DNA of 64,000 nucleotides from an uncultured Acidobacteriota bacterium (GCA_963720545.1 OY970399.1:928001-992000), one strand, 5' to 3'; shown: positions 30,083-39,417, counted from the first letter of the stretch. Made by a program: numbers and translations. The notes: generated by a model not told the origin, from the sequence alone.

Positions 30083-30733
30083 TCAGGCGCGGACCGCGCG
30101 GCCAGGAATGGTCGAGAGGTCGTTCTCCGTGAGCACGACGTCGCCGTAGCGGCTGTAGAACTTCAGGCTGCGCCGGTAGCAGGTGTGTTTCTCGAGGTCG
30201 AACGCGACGCAGGAATCGATCGGCTTGCTGTAGACGTGCAGCGAAATCACCGGCTCTTTCCCCTGCACCACCACCTGGTGGATGGTCTGGGTCTTGTCGA
30301 CCGTGTTGATGGGGCCGTCGGGGTAGCACTCCTGCACCTCGCGGCGGTCGAGGTCGAGTTCGGTGGCGCCTGCCAGGCAATCGAGGCCACCGACGTTCTG
30401 GTTTTCCGCGGCGTTGCAGCCTTGCCACTGATAGTTGATGACCGCGAGGGCGCCGCGCTCCACCGACATCCAGCCGAGCTGGCCGTTGTGTGTATGGATC
30501 ACAGTCCGCTGGCCGGGCATCCAGCACACCGCCATCACTTCGAAAAGTGGATCCTGGTAGATCAGATTTCGGGTGTAGATGTCCTTGTTGAAGTGGACGT
30601 AGCGGTCGAGGTCGGACATCTCCGGCTTCTTGTCGTGAAGCAGGTCGAGGACCTTGTCGGTTGTGACCGTGCCCTCGCCCATCGCGGCGATGGAAGCGAC
30701 GAGGTCGCCCACGGCGGTATCGCGGCGCGCCAT
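30083..30733 (-). CDS. Cysteine dioxygenase family protein (cupin)
   Basis: YTRNLIY, W.PGQ.T.IHTH, IHQV, SLHVYS.P. Confidence 0.85.
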   Translation of the reverse strand: MARRDTAVGDLVASIAAMGEGTVTTDKVLDLLHDKKPEMSDLDRYVHFNKDIYTRNLIYQDPLFEVMAVCWMPGQRTVIHTHNGQLGWMSVERGALAVINYQWQGCNAAENQNVGGLDCLAGATELDLDRREVQECYPDGPINTVDKTQTIHQVVVQGKEPVISLHVYSKPIDSCVAFDLEKHTCYRRSLKFYSRYGDVVLTENDLSTIPGRAVRA

Positions 30734-30739
30734 GCGAAG

Positions 30740-30767
30740 AGTCTAGCCGCCACCCTGATCAAGTCAA
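30740..30767 (-). promoter_or_regulatory. Sigma-70-like promoter for a probably leaderless cysteine dioxygenase mRNA
   Basis: TTGACT-16 nt-TAGACT on the minus strand, 6 nt before ATG 30733; no SD. Confidence 0.5.
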
Positions 30768-30799
30768 CGGCGTTGAGGGTAGAATCCCGCGGGCCTCGG

Positions 30800-31771
30800 A
30801 TGAACGACCAGGACGACAGTGTAGTCACCAAGGGAACGCCGGAATTCGAGCCGGGGCCCGAGCGCCTGTACCTGGTTGGCCTCACCGGGCCCGACGCCGG
30901 CGTCGAATTCCACCTCAACCGGCCGTCGATGGTGCTGGGCCGCGGCCCGGGCGCCTCGCTCATCGTCGGCGACACCGCCGCGTCGCGCCGCCACGTGAAG
31001 GTGCTGCTCATTCCCGACCCGCAGACGCCGACCAACCGCCGCGTGCAGCTCGTCGACCTGCAGAGCACCAACGGCCTGTTCGTGAACGGCGAGCGCATCA
31101 GCCGCGCCGTGTTGCATCCTGGCGACAAGGTGGCCGTCGGCAAGACCATGTTCCGCCTGGAGCGCCGCGACAACTTCGACGCCGCCTTCTACGACCGCCT
31201 GCACCAGATGGCCACCACCGATTCGCTCACCGGGGCGGGCAACCGCTGGTCGCTGGAGCAGGAACTGGAGCGCCAGGAAAGCGAGCGCGAGCGCTACAAC
31301 CGCATCTTCTCGCTCATCATCATCGACATCGACCACTTCAAGCAGGTCAACCAGCGCTGCGGCCACAGCGGCGGCGACCAGGCGCTGCGCGCGGTGGGCG
31401 CAATCATCCTCGCCAACCTGCGCGACTCGGACCGGGTGTTCCGCTATGGCGGCGACGAGTTCGTGGTGCTGCTCGCCCAGAGCGACGCCGCCGGCGCGCA
31501 GCGGGTCGCCGAGCGCATCCGCGCGGGTGTCGAGGGCCTGGTGTTCGAGCACCTCGAGAAACAGGTGCCGCTGACCGTCAGCATCGGCGGCGCCGAAGCC
31601 GGCGGCGCGGGGCTCCTGGAACGCGCGGACAAGGCCCTGTTCGATGCCAAGAGCGAAGGCCGCAACCGCGTCGCCTTCAACACGGATGCCACGACCAAGG
31701 TCACTACCGCGCGCCTGCAGAAGGACCCGGTCGAACGGCCGGGCGCCAGCACCGTCATCGAAGGAGAGTAG
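30800..31771 (+). CDS. FHA-domain diguanylate cyclase
   Basis: FHA motifs LGRG, SRRH, DLQSTNG; GGDEF domain with DIDHFKQVN and RYGGDEF; RxxD I-site (RDSD). Confidence 0.92.
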   Translation: MNDQDDSVVTKGTPEFEPGPERLYLVGLTGPDAGVEFHLNRPSMVLGRGPGASLIVGDTAASRRHVKVLLIPDPQTPTNRRVQLVDLQSTNGLFVNGERISRAVLHPGDKVAVGKTMFRLERRDNFDAAFYDRLHQMATTDSLTGAGNRWSLEQELERQESERERYNRIFSLIIIDIDHFKQVNQRCGHSGGDQALRAVGAIILANLRDSDRVFRYGGDEFVVLLAQSDAAGAQRVAERIRAGVEGLVFEHLEKQVPLTVSIGGAEAGGAGLLERADKALFDAKSEGRNRVAFNTDATTKVTTARLQKDPVERPGASTVIEGE

Positions 31772-31789
31772 GCCGCCGCGACCGGCGCC

Positions 31790-32242
31790 TCAGATGAAGA
31801 GGTGTTCGTCCTCTTCCACCGCCCGTCGGGCGGTGCGCGGGGCGCGCGGCTCGTGGTCGTGGGCCGACAGGCTGCGGTAGACGTCGAAAGCCTTCTCGAT
31901 GCCGCGGAACAGCGCCGCGGCATTGGCAAGTGGGCCCACCGGACGGGTCAGCAGCGAGCTGATGTGGCTGGTGGTGCGGTCGAGCTTGTCGAGCGTCGTC
32001 GCCACCGCGTCGTCCACCCGGCGCACCTGCAGCACCGCAAGGTCCGAAGCCTCGGCCAGGTTGCGCGAGACGCGCGCCGTGTTCTCGAGCAATGGGCGCA
32101 GCTCGCGTTCATAGCGTTGCTGCATCTCGCCGACCTGGCGCGACAGCTTCACGCCGCCGCGCGCCAGGCCGATCAGGAAGCCAGCCTGCACCAGCGACGA
32201 CAGCGCGATGATGCCGAGAAAGACGACCACCAGGTCGGACAT
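31790..32242 (-). CDS. Membrane-anchored coiled-coil protein (DUF948-like)
   Basis: N-terminal TM followed by a helical region; sits downstream of a YtxH gene, a typical pairing. Confidence 0.65.
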   Translation of the reverse strand: MSDLVVVFLGIIALSSLVQAGFLIGLARGGVKLSRQVGEMQQRYERELRPLLENTARVSRNLAEASDLAVLQVRRVDDAVATTLDKLDRTTSHISSLLTRPVGPLANAAALFRGIEKAFDVYRSLSAHDHEPRAPRTARRAVEEDEHLFI

Positions 32243-32249
32243 GGCTCTC

Positions 32250-32567
32250 CTAGAGCTTTTCCTTTTCTTCCTGGAAAGCCTGGCGGCCGGCTTCGATGGC
32301 AGTCGCCAGGCGCTCCTTGCGCGTCGAGAGGTTCTCGCGCTGCCGCTCGAAATATTCGCCGGCGTCGTCCACCGCCTGGCGGCCGCGGCTGATGGCGCGC
32401 TCCTTCAGCTCACGCCCACGGCTGGCGCCGTCCTGGAAACGTTCCGCGAGCTGGTCGCGCGTCTCCCGTCCCGAGCGCGGCGCATAAAGAAGAGCGAGCG
32501 CGGCACCGGCGAGACCGCCGAGCAGGAATGAAAGCACGACACCCGAACCACTATCGTTATCTGACAT
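32250..32567 (-). CDS. YtxH domain protein
   Basis: FLLGGLAGAALALLYAPRSGRETR; GGAGGT RBS. Confidence 0.88.
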   Translation of the reverse strand: MSDNDSGSGVVLSFLLGGLAGAALALLYAPRSGRETRDQLAERFQDGASRGRELKERAISRGRQAVDDAGEYFERQRENLSTRKERLATAIEAGRQAFQEEKEKL

Positions 32568-32679
32568 GACTACCTCCGCCTTGCGCCGTAGCGTATGAGA
32601 AATTGAAGACAACCGGCAATAAAGGTGCTTCGATAGCCCAGCATAGACCTGCCTCTGGCACCCGGCAAGGACGGCTCGT

Positions 32680-33048
32680 TCAAGCCGAAGCGGCGGCCTT
32701 GCGGAGCAACTCGGGCAGCTCCTGGACGAAGGCGCTGCGCGCCAGCACCTTGTGAAAACCGGCGGCGCGGGCCGCCTTCGAGGCCTCGACGTGGACGTGG
32801 CTGAAAAAGCCCACGAGCAGCGCCGCGCCCAGGCTCGCGCGCTGCTGCGCAACGGTGGCGGCGGCCGCGAGACGGGGTGAATCGAGATCGGCGAGCACCA
32901 GAACAGGCTTGTTCGGGGCGGCTGCCGCCGCGGCAAAGGCCTGGGCGTCGCGGGTCACGACCACTTCGACCTCCGCATCTTTCGCTGCCTCACGGATCCG
33001 CGACGTGAACATCAGGTCTTCCGCGAAGACGAGGACCAGGGCGCTCAT
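32680..33048 (-). CDS. Single-domain receiver-like hypothetical protein
   Basis: EDLMFTSRI, LVLADL, GFFSHV, ARAAG...VLARS; ATGA overlap with the barstar stop. Confidence 0.7.
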   Translation of the reverse strand: MSALVLVFAEDLMFTSRIREAAKDAEVEVVVTRDAQAFAAAAAAPNKPVLVLADLDSPRLAAAATVAQQRASLGAALLVGFFSHVHVEASKAARAAGFHKVLARSAFVQELPELLRKAAASA

Positions 33049-33461
33049 GGATAGAGGAACACCTCAGCTTGAACGGGGTTGTCGGAGGAAGCCGCGGCTG
33101 CCGCCGCGCGATCGAGGGTCAGCACCGCATCGACGTACGCCTGCGGATCCGCGGCCATCAAGGTGCCGGCATCCCGCCAGACCAGAGCCACGCGGCCGTG
33201 CCCGCCACCGCCGATGTCGGCGACGCAGTCGAGGAGCCCGTCCCAGGTGGCACCGTAGTACTCGGGGAGGCGCAGAGCGCGGCCGGCCTCGGCGAGGAAC
33301 GACGCAGCGTCGCGACTCTTCGTACCATCGATCTCGTAGCGCTCGAAGCCGGCACCAGCCAGGACCTCGGCATCGGCGTCGATCGTGGCCGCATCGCGGA
33401 CGTGCACGAGGCTGCCGGCAAGGCCGCTCATCCGCTCCGCGAGATCCAGCCAGACGTGCAT
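33045..33461 (-). CDS. Barstar family ribonuclease inhibitor
   Basis: IDG....AFL......LRLPEYYGATWDGLLDC, LVW. Start is ATG 33461 or coupled GTG 33467. Confidence 0.85.
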   Translation of the reverse strand: MHVWLDLAERMSGLAGSLVHVRDAATIDADAEVLAGAGFERYEIDGTKSRDAASFLAEAGRALRLPEYYGATWDGLLDCVADIGGGGHGRVALVWRDAGTLMAADPQAYVDAVLTLDRAAAAAASSDNPVQAEVFLYP

Positions 33462-33463
33462 GC

Positions 33464-34291
33464 TCACCGGCCGCCGAGTTCGAGCCGCGCGAACGTGCGG
33501 TAGTGATCGCCGGTATAGAACACCTCGCCGTCGCGGCCGAAGACGAGCCGCTCGGCACCGCGGCCGCCGGCGGTTCTGGGCCAGACGTCCGTTTCCTGGT
33601 AGTAGCCGCGCGCGCGGCGCGGCAGCTGGCCCTCGAGGTTCAGGAACACTCCCTGCTCCGAGCCGCGACGGCCGCCTTGCGCCACTCCGGCGGGCGGGGC
33701 GCCGCTGCTGCGCATCGCCGCGACCACGAGCCGCACCTGGCGCGCGCGTTCCTCTCCAAGCTGCGCGTCGAGCGCGGACGGCCTGCCTGCCGCTGCCCGC
33801 GGAGCGCTCGTTGGGTGTGCGGTGGCGGTGGCAGGCGCTGCGTGCGGGACCGCCGCGCTGCTCCAGCTTTGCCACCGCACCACGCCGGCGAGCGCCATCG
33901 CCAGGAGAAGCAGCGACCCCGCGATCCGTGCCGCAGGAATGGACCGCTCCTCGACCAGCCATCGATAAGCGAGCAGCAGCGCCGCCGCGATCGCCGCCCC
34001 GGTGTGCGCCAGGATCAGGGGCGCTCCGGGGCCGCGGCCCATCGCGGTGCCAAGCACGCCAAAGAGCGTGGCGGCACCGCCCAGTGCCGCCGCCGCCACG
34101 AACGTGGCGCCGCGGCCGCGGTGACGACGGGCGAGGCCGAGGCCGATGAAACCCAGCACCACCACCACGGTGAGGACCATGTGCACGGCCACGGCCGCCG
34201 CCCGCAGGTCGGAGGCTCCCTGCCAGGCGAAGAGCAGGGCGCTCACGATCAGGAGCAGCAGGAACGCCCCGCCGAGATGCCGGTGGTTCAC
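33464..34291 (-). CDS. Barnase/RNase Sa-type ribonuclease fused to an N-terminal 5-TM membrane domain
   Basis: C-terminal VFLNLEGQLP...YYQETDV...RGAERLV.....FYTGDHY.TF with catalytic Glu, Arg and His; five hydrophobic segments at the N-terminus. Confidence 0.82.
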   Translation of the reverse strand: MNHRHLGGAFLLLLIVSALLFAWQGASDLRAAAVAVHMVLTVVVVLGFIGLGLARRHRGRGATFVAAAALGGAATLFGVLGTAMGRGPGAPLILAHTGAAIAAALLLAYRWLVEERSIPAARIAGSLLLLAMALAGVVRWQSWSSAAVPHAAPATATAHPTSAPRAAAGRPSALDAQLGEERARQVRLVVAAMRSSGAPPAGVAQGGRRGSEQGVFLNLEGQLPRRARGYYQETDVWPRTAGGRGAERLVFGRDGEVFYTGDHYRTFARLELGGR

Positions 34292-34310
34292 CGACGTAGA
34301 CTACCTCGCC

Positions 34311-35081
34311 ATGCGGGTCGCGACGTGGAACGTCAACTCCATCAAGGCGCGCCAGGAGCGCCTGTTGTCATGGCTCGACCGCACCCAGCCGGACGTCTTG
34401 TGCCTGCAGGAGCTGAAGGCGGTGGAGGAGGCGTTCCCGGTCGAGGCCATCCGCAGCCGCGGATACCATGCCGCGGTTGCCGGGCAGAAGACGTGGAACG
34501 GCGTCGCCATCCTCGCCAGGAGCGAACCGCGGGACGTGCTTCGCGGCTTCGACGATGGCCACCCCGACCCGCAGTCGCGCTCGATCGCGGCGACCATCGG
34601 CGGCGTTCGCATCTATTCGCTCTACGCGCCGAACGGCCAGTCGATCGGCGCCGAGCAGCACCACTACAAGCTCGAATGGTTCACGCGCCTCGTCAGCCAT
34701 CTTGGCAGGCGTTTCTCCGCGGCCGACCGCCTGCTGCTGTGCGGCGACTTCAACGTCGCGCCATCGCCGCAGGACGTTGCGAACCCCGAGGCGTGGGCGC
34801 GCACCGTGCTCTTCGACCCGGCTTCGCGCGCGGCGCTCATGGACCTGCTCTATTTCGGCCTCACCGACGTGTTCGCAAGGCAGCACCCCGAGGGCGGGCA
34901 GTACACCTGGTGGGACTACCGCATGCTCGCCTTCGCCAAGAACAACGGCCTGCGCATCGACCACATCCTGGCGACGGCGCCGCTCGCGAGCCGCGTGCTG
35001 AGCGCCGCGATCGACCGCGACGAGCGCAAGGGCAAGGGGCCTTCCGACCACGCGCCGATGGTGGTGGTGTTCGAAGACTAG
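34311..35081 (+). CDS. xth: Exodeoxyribonuclease III
   Basis: MRVATWNVNSI, LCLQELK, NGVAIL, GDFNVAP, YTWWDYR, GLRIDHIL, SDHAP. Confidence 0.95.
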   Translation: MRVATWNVNSIKARQERLLSWLDRTQPDVLCLQELKAVEEAFPVEAIRSRGYHAAVAGQKTWNGVAILARSEPRDVLRGFDDGHPDPQSRSIAATIGGVRIYSLYAPNGQSIGAEQHHYKLEWFTRLVSHLGRRFSAADRLLLCGDFNVAPSPQDVANPEAWARTVLFDPASRAALMDLLYFGLTDVFARQHPEGGQYTWWDYRMLAFAKNNGLRIDHILATAPLASRVLSAAIDRDERKGKGPSDHAPMVVVFED

Positions 35082-35084
35082 CTG

Positions 35085-38000
35085 CTAGTACCCGCCGGGG
35101 CTGATCTGGAACTGCCAGAGCCAGCCACGTCCGGGACGGTTGAGCGGCCGGCTGTAGTCGAGCTCGAGCACCGCGGCGCCGAACAGGTTGAGGCGCGCGG
35201 CGGCACCGTAGCTCGCGACACCCTTGCGATCGCCGCCGAGGAACGTCGGCGTGTCGTTCTGCGCGCTGGTCCAGGCAACGCCGGCGTCGGCGAAGAGTGC
35301 CAGCTCCAGCGGCACGGGACCATAGCGCAGCTGGCCGGTGGCGGCGCCGAACGCCGGGAAGCGCAGCTCGAAGTTGCCGACCATCATGCGGCTGCCGAGC
35401 AGGCGATCGAACACCTCGCAGGTGCTGGTGGCGGTCGGGCGGCATTCGGTGTTGATGAAGGAGCCGCTCTCGTAGCCGCGCACGAGCGTCGGATAGCCGA
35501 GGAAGAGCGGGCTGATGCGGCGGTCTTCGCCGCCGCTGCCGTAGCGGCCGTAGTGCAGCAGGCGGAAGGCCAGCGTGTAGGGCCGCACCGGCATGAAGTA
35601 GCGGCGGAAATCCGCCAACGCCGTGGTGAAGTTCACGGTGCCTGCCGTCTGCGCCACCTCCAGGCGGTAGCGGCTGCCGACGATCGGGCTGGTCGCCGCG
35701 AACACCGAGGTGTCGTGGACGAAGGCGCCGCTCACCTCCGCGAGGTTGAGGGCCGAAGAACCCGGCAGCTTCTCGCTGTCGCGGCCGAGGAACTCGCCGG
35801 TGAGCGAGTCGTAGAAGTTGCGGCGCTGCTCGACGGACAAGCCCAGCCGGCGGACGGAGCCGCTGACTTCGAAGCGCTCGGCGCGGTTCAGCGGCCGCGC
35901 CGCGACGCCAAACACCGCTGTGCTCGTCTGCCGCTCGAGCACGGTTTCCTCCACCAGCACGTCGCGGCCGTCCACGATATCGCGGCGCACGTCGTAGAAG
36001 CCGTCGGTGATGTAGGGAATGCGCTCGACGCCGGCGAGCCAGTTGATGCGCCCGCGGTAGTTGCCGTAGGCGACGCGCGCGCCGACGTCGCTGAAGCTGC
36101 CGGCCTGCGCGAACAGGTCGATGCCGAGGTTGCGGTCCCCGAGCATGTCGCTGAAGTAGAGCGAGGTGCCGCCGGCCACCTGCGCGCCCCAGCGATCCAC
36201 TCCGGCCGCGATGGTCGTGCCCTGGCCGTAGTTGTCGAGCGACATTTGCGGCTTGTACTCCTCGGGCGTATCGGTGGTGGGCGCGGGCGCCGGATCGGTG
36301 CGGTCGGAGAAGACCTGCTGCTGCAGGCGCGTCGCCGGCGGCAGCTCGGCCGGGTCGAGCGTCAACTGCCGCGGCGCCGGCAGGACGTCGGGCGCGGGCT
36401 GCGCCGCAGCCGGGCTCGCCTCCGTGTGCAGCGGCGCTGGCACGCTGTCGTTCGCGGCTGCCGCCACCGCGACGGCGGCCTGGTCCGAGGGCAGCGAGAA
36501 AAGGCTGTACTTGCCGTCCTCGCGCCCGGAGAACATCACCCGGCCGCTCTGCCGCGCCACGCTCAGCGATGCGCTGAGCGAAGTGATGCCGCTGATGCCG
36601 GTCGAGACGTCGGTCATCTGCTCGATCGGCCCTTGCGGCACGGCGGCGCGGTACACGTTGGAGATGCCGTTCTGGTCGGAGACGAAGTAGAGCTTGCCGT
36701 CGGGCGACCACTGGGGGTTGATGTTCTTCGCCGCCTTGAAGCCGGGACCGGGCGAAAAGGCGCCCGACTCGACGTCGTACAGGCCGATGCGATAGCCGGC
36801 GTATTCGAGGTCGACGAGGTCGGTGGTAAAGCGGTCGGTGACGAAGGCGATGGTCTTGCCGTCCTGCGACCATGCGGGCTGCAGGTCGGCGTACTGGTCT
36901 TTAGTGATGCGCTTGTTGGTGCCGGTCTCGATGTCGATGATGTAGAGGTCGAGCGCGCCGCCCGAGATCCCCGAATAAACAAGGCGCTTGCCGTCCGGCG
37001 ACCACGCCGGGTCGAACACCTCGTCGACGCCCGTCTGTTTCAGCTCCTTCACGATCCTGCCGTTCTGCGGATCGAGGATGCTGATGAGCGCCTTGCCTTC
37101 CGAGATGGTGCCGAGCGCGAACTGGGCGCCGCTCGGGCTCCAGCTGCCCGCCGACTGGATGAACTGGAGGCTTTCGAAGTGCGGATCGGTGGCGGTCGAG
37201 GTGAGCTTGTGGCGAACCTTGCCGGTCTCGGCATCGGCGACGAACAGGTCGATCGAGAACAGGTCCTTCTCGGAGAGGAACACGACGCTCCTGCCGTCGG
37301 GGCTCAGCGCCGGCGCCACGTTCAGGTCGCCGCCCTGCTTGTCCGTGACCACCGCCCGGCTGGCCTGGCTCGGCACCTTCTTCTCGTCGAGCACCTGCTT
37401 GTATTGCGCGCGGAGCGTCGCGTGCCATTCCTTGCTCAGCTCGTCGTGGCTGATGCCGAGCACTTCCTTGATCGCCTTCTGCGGATCGCCCGAGCGCGCC
37501 GCGGTGCGCAGCATGCGGCCGACCGCCGCGTCGCCGTAGCGGCCGCCGATGTAGGCCCACAGCGCCTGGCCGAAGCGGTACGGGAAGTACTTCGGGTTGT
37601 CGAGCTGCTTGACGGTCGGCAGTTTCTCCTCGCGGATCGCGTCGCGAATCCACATCGCGGTGTGCGGATCGCGCGGGCCCACCGACAGGTACTCGGCCAT
37701 GCCCTCGACGAACCACAGGGGCAGGCGCAGCACCCCCGGCAACCCGCCCGTGGCCTGCGCGCCGAAGCTCGTGATGTCGTACTGGAACGCGTGCACCAGC
37801 TCGTGCGCGAGCACGTGGTCGGTCTCGGCCAGCGGCCCGGCCGACGGCATCACCACCCGGCGCTTCAGGGCCTCGGTGACGCCGCCCGTGCCCTCGCCGA
37901 GCGAGCCGCCAATGGCGTTCGTCTGCTGGAAATGCGGCTGGCTCGCATACAGGATGATCGGCTGGCGGTTCTTGAAGCGGTGGTCGAGGACTTTGGAGAG

Positions 38001-38225
38001 GTGCTGGTAGGCGCGCTCGGCCATGCGGCCGGCGGCCTCGATCGTCTCTTCCTCCTCGGGGTAGTAATAGATGTCGAAATGCAGGGTGCGCAGCATCCTG
38101 AAGTCGAACGTCCGGTACTGGACTTTGTTGCCGCCGAAATACTGGGCGCTCGCCGGCGCCGGCAGCGACAGCCCCGCGGCGCAAACAGCCGCGAGCAAAG
38201 ACCAACGAATCGCTTTCCGCTTCAC
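35085..38225 (-). CDS. Omp85/BamA-family outer membrane protein with an N-terminal zinc-metallopeptidase-like domain and PD40/WD40 propeller
   Basis: Signal peptide, QYFG.NKVQY, HELVH..Q (HExxH) with WFVEGMAEY, repeated P.WSPDG, VRGY, ELRFP, C-terminal barrel strands. GTG 38225 follows GGAGG. Confidence 0.85.
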   Translation of the reverse strand: MKRKAIRWSLLAAVCAAGLSLPAPASAQYFGGNKVQYRTFDFRMLRTLHFDIYYYPEEEETIEAAGRMAERAYQHLSKVLDHRFKNRQPIILYASQPHFQQTNAIGGSLGEGTGGVTEALKRRVVMPSAGPLAETDHVLAHELVHAFQYDITSFGAQATGGLPGVLRLPLWFVEGMAEYLSVGPRDPHTAMWIRDAIREEKLPTVKQLDNPKYFPYRFGQALWAYIGGRYGDAAVGRMLRTAARSGDPQKAIKEVLGISHDELSKEWHATLRAQYKQVLDEKKVPSQASRAVVTDKQGGDLNVAPALSPDGRSVVFLSEKDLFSIDLFVADAETGKVRHKLTSTATDPHFESLQFIQSAGSWSPSGAQFALGTISEGKALISILDPQNGRIVKELKQTGVDEVFDPAWSPDGKRLVYSGISGGALDLYIIDIETGTNKRITKDQYADLQPAWSQDGKTIAFVTDRFTTDLVDLEYAGYRIGLYDVESGAFSPGPGFKAAKNINPQWSPDGKLYFVSDQNGISNVYRAAVPQGPIEQMTDVSTGISGITSLSASLSVARQSGRVMFSGREDGKYSLFSLPSDQAAVAVAAAANDSVPAPLHTEASPAAAQPAPDVLPAPRQLTLDPAELPPATRLQQQVFSDRTDPAPAPTTDTPEEYKPQMSLDNYGQGTTIAAGVDRWGAQVAGGTSLYFSDMLGDRNLGIDLFAQAGSFSDVGARVAYGNYRGRINWLAGVERIPYITDGFYDVRRDIVDGRDVLVEETVLERQTSTAVFGVAARPLNRAERFEVSGSVRRLGLSVEQRRNFYDSLTGEFLGRDSEKLPGSSALNLAEVSGAFVHDTSVFAATSPIVGSRYRLEVAQTAGTVNFTTALADFRRYFMPVRPYTLAFRLLHYGRYGSGGEDRRISPLFLGYPTLVRGYESGSFINTECRPTATSTCEVFDRLLGSRMMVGNFELRFPAFGAATGQLRYGPVPLELALFADAGVAWTSAQNDTPTFLGGDRKGVASYGAAARLNLFGAAVLELDYSRPLNRPGRGWLWQFQISPGGY

Positions 38226-38361
38226 CTTCGCCTCCACCAAACCCGCTCCGCCTGCTCCAGTATCGACAATCGCATACGCGGGCCCGAAATGCCATAAGCC
38301 GTTGCAAGGGATGTTGCAAAGCGGCTACTCTGCGGCGGCGGAAGCGGAGGAAACGAAAGAG

Positions 38362-39417
38362 ATGCGAAACCAGCGGCCGTACCCCGTCATCGCGATCGTC
38401 GTGGCGCTGGGCCTCGCCGCCTGCTCGGGCGGTGGCGGCTCGAAGACCGGCGAACGCAAGATCCGGATCGGCTTCTCGATGGACACCCTGAAAGAGGAGC
38501 GCTGGCAGCACGACCGCGACTTCGTGGTGGAGCGCGCGCGGCAGCTGGGCGCCGAGGTGCTGGTGCAGGCGGCGAACGGCGACGACGCCCTGCAGAATTC
38601 GCAGGCCGAGAACCTGCTGACCCAGGGCATCGACGTGCTGCTGGTGGCGCCACACAACGCGCGCACCGCGGCCACCATCGTCGAATCGGCGCACCGCTCG
38701 AACGTGCCGGTCATCTCCTACGACCGCCTGATCCGCGACGCCGACCTCGACCTGTACGTCTCGGTGGACCCGTACCGCGTCGGCCAGCTGCAGGCCGAGT
38801 ACGCCCTCAAGCACGTGCCCAAGGGCAACTACGTGCTGATCGGCGGCGCGCCCACCGACAACAACGCCCAGCTGGTGCGCGACGGCCAGATGAACGTGCT
38901 GAAGCCGGCGATCGACCGCGGCGACATCAAGATCGTCTCCGACCAGTGGGCGAAGGACTGGCTCGCGGTCGAGGCGCTCAAGATCATGGAGAACGCGCTC
39001 ACCCGCAACAACAACAAGGTGGATGCCGTGATCGCCTCGAACGACGGCACCGCCGGCGGCGCCATCCAGGCGATCGGAGAGCAGAAGCTGAGCGGCAAGA
39101 TCCTGGTGACCGGGCAGGACGCCGAGCTGTCGGCATGCCAGCGCATCGCCTCGGGCACGCAGACGATGACGGTCTACAAGCCGATCAAGAACCTCGGCTA
39201 CAAGGCCGCCGAGCTGGCGGTGAGCCTCGCCAAGAAGCAGGCGCTGACCGACCCGACCCGTGGCGTCAACAACGGCAAGCGCGACGTGCCGAGCGTGCTG
39301 CTCGAACCGATCGCCGTGGACAAGGCGAACCTCGCGAGCACTGTGCTGGCCGACGGCTACCAGAAGCTCGACGCCGTCTACAAGGACGTGCCGAAGGACC
39401 AGTGGCCCAAACAGTAG
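38362..39417 (+). CDS. xylF: D-xylose ABC transporter substrate-binding lipoprotein
   Basis: Lipobox LAAC; LKEERWQHDRD, SYDRLI, GGAPTDNNA, TGQDA, MTVYKPI. Confidence 0.88.
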   Translation: MRNQRPYPVIAIVVALGLAACSGGGGSKTGERKIRIGFSMDTLKEERWQHDRDFVVERARQLGAEVLVQAANGDDALQNSQAENLLTQGIDVLLVAPHNARTAATIVESAHRSNVPVISYDRLIRDADLDLYVSVDPYRVGQLQAEYALKHVPKGNYVLIGGAPTDNNAQLVRDGQMNVLKPAIDRGDIKIVSDQWAKDWLAVEALKIMENALTRNNNKVDAVIASNDGTAGGAIQAIGEQKLSGKILVTGQDAELSACQRIASGTQTMTVYKPIKNLGYKAAELAVSLAKKQALTDPTRGVNNGKRDVPSVLLEPIAVDKANLASTVLADGYQKLDAVYKDVPKDQWPKQ

